Source: a virus (lineage: Duplodnaviria > Caudoviricetes). Taken from it: a DNA stretch of 50,809 nucleotides. A program made the translations under genes and the position numbers. The stretch covers positions 1 to 50,809 of the IMG/VR virus record IMGVR_UViG_3300030372_000654; one strand, 5' to 3'. The notes beneath the pieces are model-generated. The model saw only the letters and a program-made list of their open reading frames with translations, was not told where the DNA came from and ran no database searches. Below, one piece after another: positions 8,065 through 14,304 of this stretch (positions are counted from its first letter, which is position 1; each line of letters opens with the position of its first letter).

Positions 8065-8232
8065 ATGGATGCACTAACTAAAAAATTATACAAGGACTAT
8101 GTGCATAGAGAGATTGTCAGAACCTATGGGCAAGAGTTGAGCAAGTCAGAGATGAGAAAGATTTTAAAAGATTGCGAAACTTTGGCAAGGAACATGACAA
8201 GGAGAAAGCATTATGAAGGAGAACGAAGATGA
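8065..8232 (+). CDS. 55-aa early protein
   Basis: AAGGAG RBS; MDALTKKLYKDYVHREIV... Confidence 0.65.
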   Translation: MDALTKKLYKDYVHREIVRTYGQELSKSEMRKILKDCETLARNMTRRKHYEGERR

Positions 8233-8360
8233 TAGTTGATGCAGACGATCACAACGCACAAGTCCTTGAACGCTTGTTTGACGAGTGTCTGGATGAGGGT
8301 ATGAGTATTGAGGAAGCTGAGATTGAAGCACAGCGTAGATTTGAGGAACAAGGCATATGA
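8229..8360 (+). CDS. 43-aa acidic early protein
   Basis: AAGGAG RBS; ATGA coupling at both ends; MIVDADDHNAQVLERLFDECLDEG... Confidence 0.6.
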   Translation: MIVDADDHNAQVLERLFDECLDEGMSIEEAEIEAQRRFEEQGI

Positions 8361-8542
8361 AATTTTATAGTAAAGAAAACTGTTATGATGCTTTGAGAGA
8401 AGCTGACATATCAACAGCTTGTCTACTGGATGATGTTGCAGTAAACCAAAGTAGCGAGATAAACCTAGAGGAATTACAAAAAGATATAGAGCATATTCTA
8501 AATCAAATACAAATAGCTCTCGATTATATTGAGAACGTTTAA
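8357..8542 (+). CDS. Acidic early hypothetical protein
   Basis: 61-aa ORF with GAGG RBS. Confidence 0.6.
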   Translation: MKFYSKENCYDALREADISTACLLDDVAVNQSSEINLEELQKDIEHILNQIQIALDYIENV

Positions 8543-8554
8543 ACGGAGTAAGAT

Positions 8555-8881
8555 ATGAGAGGAATAAAATGTAAACATTGTGGTTCGACTCAACTAACAG
8601 GTTACGTGTATGCGTTTAAGAATCCTGCGTTTAAAGGTTGGGTTAAGATTGGCAAGACAACTAACCTAAAAAGTAGACTGGGAAGTTTTAATACTGGTTC
8701 ACCTTTTAGAGATTTTGAATGTGTTTACTCTATTGATATACCTAAAACGAGACTTAAGTATCACGAGAAAAAAATTTTAAAAGAAACTTCATTACAAGCA
8801 GAAGAAAGTAAGGGAGAGTGGAGAAAAATATCTAATAAAAAGTTAATGGATATATTTAATTGTTACACAATTGTTACATAA
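8555..8881 (+). CDS. GIY-YIG superfamily protein (T5 orf172-like)
   Basis: GYVY..N....GWVKIGKT....RL..FNTGSP...E...GEW. Confidence 0.8.
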   Translation: MRGIKCKHCGSTQLTGYVYAFKNPAFKGWVKIGKTTNLKSRLGSFNTGSPFRDFECVYSIDIPKTRLKYHEKKILKETSLQAEESKGEWRKISNKKLMDIFNCYTIVT

Positions 8882-8903
8882 CTGTAACACAAATGTAACA
8901 TTC
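8860..8903 (+). promoter_or_regulatory. Four tandem 11-bp direct repeats, Pho-box/OmpR-family-like
   Basis: TTGTTACACAA TTGTTACATAA CTGTAACACAA ATGTAACATTC. Confidence 0.6.
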
Positions 8904-8917
8904 GTATGGTTAAATAG

Positions 8918-9335
8918 ATTTTGTAGTTAGGAGTGAGCCTTTGTAAAATCCAATCGAAGGAAGAATTACAAATACGCTATAGTAAGTGTTTGTAATAGAG
9001 AGGTTAAGGCTAAAAGTAAATGAGAACTAAACCACCATGCACTAACTACAAATTGTCCGAGTAAAGAAGGACACAGTTGCTAGACCTGTAAAACTAGCAC
9101 TTGATTAGGAATGGACAAGGCTAATACCCTTGACTGAGGAGGAGTGTAGATAGGAAGGTATCACAACTGAGTAAGTCTACTGTGCTACTAAAACAATGTG
9201 AGAGTTATTAGTAGGCAGAATCAGGTTTGCCGCCTAGTCATTTAAAGTGTTGACAGGCACTATAAAAACCGATAGTTATGTTGCTGTTGAAGGAGTTGGT
9301 AGTCATCTTCGGAACTAAAAAACTACCACCATTAA
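8918..9335 (+). ncRNA. Putative multi-domain structured non-coding RNA or long leader
   Basis: No long ORF; nested stems 8920-30/9042-52, 8936-41/9006-11, 8965-75/8986-96, 9054-73, 9078-99, 9102-09/9233-40, 9298-9327. Confidence 0.55.
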
Positions 9336-9356
9336 TTTTTAACAAGGAGGTATGAT

Positions 9357-9596
9357 ATGAGTAATAAATATAAATGGTTAGACCATAGTTATTTTGATTG
9401 CTTACACTTTGAATGGGATGGAACAGAGTTTGAAGTGCGAGTGACTAATGAGGTTGATGATATACCAGATGGTAAACTTAGGTTGGAAGTCTGGACTGTC
9501 GCTTATGATGAGGATGATGAGTGCATAGGCTTTGGAGAACACGTCAAAGAAAAGATATTAATGGATGGATTAAAGATACTTAAAAAGGAGGTATAA
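9357..9596 (+). CDS. Hypothetical protein
   Basis: AAGGAGGT RBS; 79 aa. Confidence 0.75.
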   Translation: MSNKYKWLDHSYFDCLHFEWDGTEFEVRVTNEVDDIPDGKLRLEVWTVAYDEDDECIGFGEHVKEKILMDGLKILKKEV

Positions 9597-9597
9597 T

Positions 9598-9789
9598 ATG
9601 GATTGGGTAGGAATAGCAATAAAAGAAACATTTGAGGGTATAGCTAGACAACAAAAGTTAAACGCTGAGTTGGAAGCTGAACGCTTATCTGGGTTGCAAG
9701 ATCAACATGAAGACGATGGACTTTGTACTTGTGGAGAACCTTTAGATGCTTGTCCAGATGCGTATGAACATTTATCGGGAGGTGTATGA
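9598..9789 (+). CDS. Hypothetical protein with a Cys/His zinc-binding-like tail
   Basis: AAGGAGGT RBS; CTCG...C..AYEH. Confidence 0.7.
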   Translation: MDWVGIAIKETFEGIARQQKLNAELEAERLSGLQDQHEDDGLCTCGEPLDACPDAYEHLSGGV

Positions 9790-9950
9790 TGAAAGTGTTT
9801 AGAATAAAAGCAGTATGTGATTTTATTGAGGTTGTTGAAGTTATAGCTGAAACAAAAGAACAAGCCGAGGAACTTTTATTTAGTGGAGATTACAAGGTGC
9901 TGAATGAAACTTATGAGAACCAAGACATCATATCAATTAAGGAGATATAA
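9786..9950 (+). CDS. 54-aa hypothetical protein
   Basis: GGAGG RBS; ATGA coupling; EVIAETKEQAEE motif. Confidence 0.65.
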   Translation: MMKVFRIKAVCDFIEVVEVIAETKEQAEELLFSGDYKVLNETYENQDIISIKEI

Positions 9951-9951
9951 T

Positions 9952-10182
9952 ATGAAAATAAAAGAAAAAGGTACATGGTATTCCAGAGTGGAGGAGATTT
10001 TATGTCGAGACTTTGGAAATATTTATAGTAGATTGACAGAGATAACACAAAAAATGATGTTGCAAGATGCTCATGTTTATGTCATAAATAGAAGAGACTT
10101 AGATTCTCTATCAGAGACAGACATAATTATGCTTGTAGAAGAGTTTGTGGCTTCGTGTGTTGCACGTTCTTTTAGGTACTAA
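9952..10182 (+). CDS. Hypothetical protein
   Basis: AAGGAG RBS before ATG 9952. Confidence 0.65.
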   Translation: MKIKEKGTWYSRVEEILCRDFGNIYSRLTEITQKMMLQDAHVYVINRRDLDSLSETDIIMLVEEFVASCVARSFRY

Positions 10183-10233
10183 GGGTATGTCCTACCTTTT
10201 AATTAACCCTATGCTTAAATTGAAGGAGAGTAA

Positions 10234-10305
10234 ATGGATATTTTGTTGTTTGTTTTAGTATTTTCTGTGTTATTATTTATATTAGACAGAAATGAAGATT
10301 TGTAA
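10234..10305 (+). CDS. 23-aa single-TM peptide
   Basis: AAGGAG RBS; MDILLFVLVFSVLLFILDRNEDL. Confidence 0.5.
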   Translation: MDILLFVLVFSVLLFILDRNEDL

Positions 10306-10322
10306 AACGATTGTCACATAAC

Positions 10323-10351
10323 TTTACTTTTGTTTAAAAATATGTTATAAT
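10323..10351 (+). promoter_or_regulatory. Sigma70 promoter
   Basis: TTTACT, 17 bp, TATAAT with extended TG. Confidence 0.6.
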
Positions 10352-10426
10352 CTTATAAATATTAAAACATTAATGAAAATAATAATTAATTATATTAATA
10401 ATTTATATTAAAATAGGATAAATTTT

Positions 10427-10555
10427 ATGGATGATTATATTAATAATCTTATAGATAATTATTATAAAGATGCAAACTTAATAGGAACATTACCTAATGA
10501 GTTTGATTATCTAAAAGATAAAGATGTGGTTAAAGCAGAGGAAGAAGATGATTGA
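10427..10555 (+). CDS. 42-aa acidic hypothetical protein
   Basis: AGGA RBS; MDDYINNLIDNYYKD... Confidence 0.45.
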   Translation: MDDYINNLIDNYYKDANLIGTLPNEFDYLKDKDVVKAEEEDD

Positions 10556-10793
10556 ATACAATGGTAAGAAAGTCACCCCAAAGGTGTATGCTAAACACCA
10601 AGTGTCTGATTACTTGATGAAGTTGTTTGATAATCCAGAGGTTCATATGGATAAGGACTTTGCAAACTGTACACCACGTGAACAAGATGAGATAATGAAT
10701 CAAGTTAGTTTGTTTGAGGACAGGATTCATAAGTTATTGGGTGTTAAATTTAAAAGTATAACAAGCAGTAGTAATTTTGAAAAATCTATATAG
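10548..10793 (+). CDS. Hypothetical protein
   Basis: GAGG RBS before ATG 10548 (MIEYNGKKVTPKVYAK). Confidence 0.7.
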   Translation: MIEYNGKKVTPKVYAKHQVSDYLMKLFDNPEVHMDKDFANCTPREQDEIMNQVSLFEDRIHKLLGVKFKSITSSSNFEKSI

Positions 10794-10801
10794 GAGATAG
10801 A

Positions 10802-11014
10802 ATGGAGTTTATAATAGCAGTAGTCGGTGTTGTATTTGTATTGACAGCTACAACCTTGTATATGTATTTGGTTGATGATGATAAGATTGACCCTTATATA
10901 CCATCGAAGATACAGCGAGGAAACTTCTGGGATGCAGAGACTAAACAATTTTACAAGTGGGATAAGTTAATGGAACTAAAAAAAGAAAGGGAGCAAAGTG
11001 ATACAATACATTGA
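10802..11014 (+). CDS. Small protein with an N-terminal TM helix
   Basis: AGGAG RBS; hydrophobic residues 3-24. Confidence 0.7.
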   Translation: MEFIIAVVGVVFVLTATTLYMYLVDDDKIDPYIPSKIQRGNFWDAETKQFYKWDKLMELKKEREQSDTIH

Positions 11015-11180
11015 TCCTAAAAATCATATAGGATTTCCATTACCTCCTGCAATGTTTCATCCCCACACATATTGTTGGGATATGCCGAAAGATGAAATGG
11101 CTTGTAAATTACTAGACATACCACGAAAATGTTTTGTTTGTGGTAATATAATAAAGGAGGATAATAATGACACAGTATAG
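10998..11180 (+). CDS. Small His/Cys-containing protein
   Basis: GGAG RBS, GTG start; HPH..C...C...CFVC. Confidence 0.6.
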   Translation: MIQYIDPKNHIGFPLPPAMFHPHTYCWDMPKDEMACKLLDIPRKCFVCGNIIKEDNNDTV

Positions 11181-11385
11181 TGAAGCTGTTGAACAGCAAA
11201 GAGAAATACTTGAGTTAGAAAAACAAGCTAAACAAATTGTAGCTATTGACACCAGATATAAAGATGGTATATGGTATCAACAAACTGTTGACTATGCCGA
11301 TGGTAAAAGAGTGACAGAGTATAGAGACAAACGTAAAACAACAGTAGTGGAGAATAGATATGGCGAAGACATGGCGAAAGACTGA
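11167..11385 (+). CDS. Hypothetical protein
   Basis: AAGGAGG RBS; 72 aa. Confidence 0.7.
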   Translation: MTQYSEAVEQQREILELEKQAKQIVAIDTRYKDGIWYQQTVDYADGKRVTEYRDKRKTTVVENRYGEDMAKD

Positions 11386-11509
11386 ACATACTCCTGCTAC
11401 TGGGGTTCGAGGTAAAAAGACAAGTCAAGGTAGAGGTAATGTTGCTTTCTCTACCATGAACAAGAATAAGAAAAGCAACTTTAAAAAATATCGAGGGCAA
11501 GGTAAATGA
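11360..11509 (+). CDS. 49-aa basic protein ending KKYRGQGK, not in the ORF track
   Basis: GGAG RBS; KKTSQG..STMNK..KKYRGQG motif recalled from marine phages. Confidence 0.75.
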   Translation: MAKTWRKTEHTPATGVRGKKTSQGRGNVAFSTMNKNKKSNFKKYRGQGK

Positions 11510-11631
11510 AAATAACAGCATGGAATATAGGTATCGTTTGGGAAGATGGTACTGAAGAAAATATAGGTGATGTACCTGATTGGGTAGCAACAAGAGTTGA
11601 TGAATTTTTAAATGAACTTGAGGAGGAATAA
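11506..11631 (+). CDS. 41-aa acidic hypothetical protein
   Basis: ATGA and TAATG coupling; MKITAWNIGIVWEDG... Confidence 0.65.
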   Translation: MKITAWNIGIVWEDGTEENIGDVPDWVATRVDEFLNELEEE

Positions 11632-11819
11632 TGAAACAGAAAATGATAACAGTAAAAATTCCAGAAAGAAATTTGGAATGGATTAAAAAGAACTATCGTA
11701 AATCTAGAAGTGGTGTGACTAGTTTGTTTGAGTATGGTGGTATAGATATCCAAGAGGTACATGCCATAGCAGACTTACTGTATCATCTTAACGAAGCATT
11801 TAATATTGAGGATGAGTAG
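11631..11819 (+). CDS. Hypothetical protein, possibly ribbon-helix-helix-like
   Basis: GAGGAGG RBS; MITVKIPE N-terminal strand. Confidence 0.6.
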   Translation: MKQKMITVKIPERNLEWIKKNYRKSRSGVTSLFEYGGIDIQEVHAIADLLYHLNEAFNIEDE

Positions 11820-12316
11820 TGAACATATTTTATTTTGATGAGTGTCCCATCATATCAGCAAAAGCACAGCCAGATAAGATGTTAGTCAAGATGCCATTAG
11901 AAACAGCACAGATGTTATGTACAGCACACCGAGAACTAGATGGTGATGATTATGCTGATAGTGTAGGACTTTACAAACGTGCATACTGGAATCACCCTTG
12001 CACTATCTGGGCAAGAGAATCAAGTGGTAATTATATGTGGCTACACAAACACTTCTTGGCTCTTGGTAGAGAATACACATACAGGTATGGTAAAGACCAT
12101 GCAAGTATAACTAAACTTGCCAAGCCTTTATTCAAGGTTCCAGATAATATAACTCGTGGTGATATAACACCATTAGCACAAGCTATGCCGGAAGAATATA
12201 AACATGAGGATCCAATCGTTGCATATCGTAGATATGTGATAAATGAAAAACACTATGCCAAGTGGGAGAAGAATCGATCTAAACCTACATGGTGGACTAC
12301 ACAGGAGGTAGCATAA
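11819..12316 (+). CDS. Pyrimidine-dimer DNA glycosylase / endonuclease V-like protein
   Basis: MNIF..D......A....DK..VKM.LE.AQML.TAH..NHPCTIWAR..EY.YRY.K.H..QAMP motifs. Confidence 0.8.
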   Translation: MNIFYFDECPIISAKAQPDKMLVKMPLETAQMLCTAHRELDGDDYADSVGLYKRAYWNHPCTIWARESSGNYMWLHKHFLALGREYTYRYGKDHASITKLAKPLFKVPDNITRGDITPLAQAMPEEYKHEDPIVAYRRYVINEKHYAKWEKNRSKPTWWTTQEVA

Positions 12317-12526
12317 ATGTATGTAAATAAAGAGTTTGTAATTAAAGGATTGCAAAATCACTTTCAAGGTTTAATTGATAGACATGTTGCAAATGCAATG
12401 ATATTAATTACTAACCCTGTTGGTGTGGCAGAACATCCAGATACTTTAGAAAGTATTGAAGTAGAACTTGGCAAGATTGCAGACTATGAAGATAAACTGT
12501 CAATTTTAAATAAATATTTTAACTAG
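12317..12526 (+). CDS. Conserved phage protein
   Basis: NPVGVAEHPD motif; AGGAGGT RBS. Confidence 0.75.
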   Translation: MYVNKEFVIKGLQNHFQGLIDRHVANAMILITNPVGVAEHPDTLESIEVELGKIADYEDKLSILNKYFN

Positions 12527-12534
12527 GAGACCAT

Positions 12535-13215
12535 ATGAAATATAATATAATAATAACTGCTGTCTTACTTGCATTAAGTGTAGCCATGTTTAATGCAGTT
12601 AATATCACAGCAGATAACATATCTAAAAACAAAGCAGGACTTAACAGATTAAATAAATCTTTCCTGTCTCTCAGCGAGGAGTTCGAAAGCGTAAATAAAA
12701 ATGCAGACTTGATACAGTCTACCAGAGAAAGCTATCGTAATTCTTTGATTGATTTATCAGATAGACTAGATGCAATGGATGAAACTAACTCAGAGATATA
12801 TCGTATCTTAAATGATTTAGATGAACGCTTGAACAAACCACCGGTTGCAACTGTAGTAATTGAAAAGTTTGTAGAGCCAGAGCCAGAACCTGTAGAGGAC
12901 TTAGGTGTCAATGCCGGTCTTGGAGTTCTTACCGGAACACATGTCATGGGACAGCCAGAGTTTATTGAGCCGACTTGTCCAAAGATAAGATCATCTAAAC
13001 CTTATGGTGATTACATAGAAAATATATCTATTAATAGAACTTTAAAGTTTACTGTAATCTATGATTTATTTCAAGGCAATGTCACCGATGTTAAATATGA
13101 TGGCAAGATACCTAACAAAGTTAAACAAGCTACCTTTAATTATGTAATGGATTTAGAGTTTGATAATCCTACTACAATCACAGGTTGCACATTACCTTTC
13201 ACAATTAACATTTAA
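12535..13215 (+). CDS. Membrane-anchored protein with TonB/TolA-like architecture
   Basis: N-terminal TM helix, coiled coil, EPEPEP proline linker, about 80-aa C-terminal alpha/beta domain with a Cys pair. Confidence 0.55.
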   Translation: MKYNIIITAVLLALSVAMFNAVNITADNISKNKAGLNRLNKSFLSLSEEFESVNKNADLIQSTRESYRNSLIDLSDRLDAMDETNSEIYRILNDLDERLNKPPVATVVIEKFVEPEPEPVEDLGVNAGLGVLTGTHVMGQPEFIEPTCPKIRSSKPYGDYIENISINRTLKFTVIYDLFQGNVTDVKYDGKIPNKVKQATFNYVMDLEFDNPTTITGCTLPFTINI

Positions 13216-13218
13216 GGG

Positions 13219-13247
13219 TTGCTTTTTATATCAATCTGTGTTATAAT
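13219..13247 (+). promoter_or_regulatory. Sigma70 promoter for the replication operon
   Basis: TTGCTT, 17 bp, TATAAT with extended TG. Confidence 0.7.
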
Positions 13248-13261
13248 ACAAGCTTATTAAG

Positions 13262-13462
13262 ATGAACTACTCAGCAGAAAGAGATCAGTACAATACAGAA
13301 CTACTTACTCGTGAAGAGTATAGAAAGTTTGGATTGTATATGACGGAACACTATCCAGATGTAGGGCATGTTGTTGATAAGTTAGACGATACATTTATTG
13401 TTCGTCTTGACGATACATCATTAACATTCTGGGAAGAGATACTCACTGCGATTAGGGATTAA
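13262..13462 (+). CDS. Hypothetical protein
   Basis: 66-aa ORF immediately after the promoter, no clear SD. Confidence 0.6.
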   Translation: MNYSAERDQYNTELLTREEYRKFGLYMTEHYPDVGHVVDKLDDTFIVRLDDTSLTFWEEILTAIRD

Positions 13463-13576
13463 TACGAAGGTATATTATAAGAAGTTTCGCCCTCCTTTTT
13501 AACTTATAATATCTACAAGTTTCCGGTCTTGTGCCAATAAAACCGGACATTTAATACAAACCAATGGAGGAAAAAT

Positions 13577-13990
13577 ATGTATGAGTATGTAACTGGTAAG
13601 GCAATGTGGGCTAATATCACATCGCCAAACACGAGGTTTCAACCTCACAAGTATGGGCTAACTGTTCTTACAGATGCAGATACTGCTACTAAACTTGAAG
13701 GCATAGGTCTTAATCAAGTTAGAGACAGATCAGGTCAGCCTAAATATGATGAACCTGCATTTACTTTTAGCAAAAGAGCTACAAGGAATGATGGTACTGC
13801 AAATGCTGCACCTAAACTTGTTGACACAGATGGTAATGATCTAGATGTTAGCGTAGGTAATGGTTCAGAAGTTGTTGTTAAGATTAAACCTTACAAGAAT
13901 GACTATGGTCAGTTTGCTGAACTCATGGCAGTAAAGGTTGAAAACTTAGTAGAATATGTTGAAGGTGATACAGACAACGAGGAATTTTAA
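13577..13990 (+). CDS. ssb: Single-stranded DNA-binding protein (T7 gp2.5-like)
   Basis: GKAMWA..PNT.F, P.LVD..G, VGNGS.V.V, L.AV.V..LVEY; acidic tail ending in Phe. Confidence 0.85.
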   Translation: MYEYVTGKAMWANITSPNTRFQPHKYGLTVLTDADTATKLEGIGLNQVRDRSGQPKYDEPAFTFSKRATRNDGTANAAPKLVDTDGNDLDVSVGNGSEVVVKIKPYKNDYGQFAELMAVKVENLVEYVEGDTDNEEF

Positions 13991-14287
13991 ATGATTATTA
14001 CTATAAATAATGATGATGGTAATACTTCTTTTGATGTCAACAACATTAGTGACGAGCAAATAAAGCAAGATGCTACTGTTATTGTACAGAAAGTTGGTAA
14101 CTTACAAGTTATCATAGAAGCTTTAGACTTTGCAAGTCGCACACATCGAGCAAACTTAGAAGAGTTACTTAAAGACAGAGACGAAGCTGTTGTTGAAACA
14201 GAACGTGCTAGAAATGATAAGGGTCAGTTTGTCGCAGACGACCCAGAAACTATCGAGGATGAATCTAAAGTAACAAAAGAAACATAG
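13991..14287 (+). CDS. Hypothetical protein
   Basis: 98 aa; RARNDKGQFVADDP motif near the C-terminus. Confidence 0.7.
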   Translation: MIITINNDDGNTSFDVNNISDEQIKQDATVIVQKVGNLQVIIEALDFASRTHRANLEELLKDRDEAVVETERARNDKGQFVADDPETIEDESKVTKET

Positions 14288-14304
14288 TCTTGAGGAGGGC
14301 TAAC

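Noticed and set aside
8555-8881. Intron-encoded homing endonuclease with a group I intron at 8918-9335
   Set aside because: No interrupted host gene, and I could not identify the group I core elements.
9078-9099. tRNA-Tyr-like anticodon loop CTGTAAA
   Set aside because: The loop is 10 nt and there are no D or T arms or acceptor stem.
9134-9160. CUGAGGA resembling a hammerhead ribozyme core (CUGANGA)
   Set aside because: No stem II followed by GAAA, and no matching cleavage-site geometry.
9250-9282. Promoter at TTGACA 9250
   Set aside because: No acceptable -10 at 16-18 bp spacing.
8920-9335. CsrB/RsmY-like sponge suggested by multiple GGA triplets
   Set aside because: About ten GGA in 420 purine-rich nt is near chance, and they are mostly not in hairpin loops.
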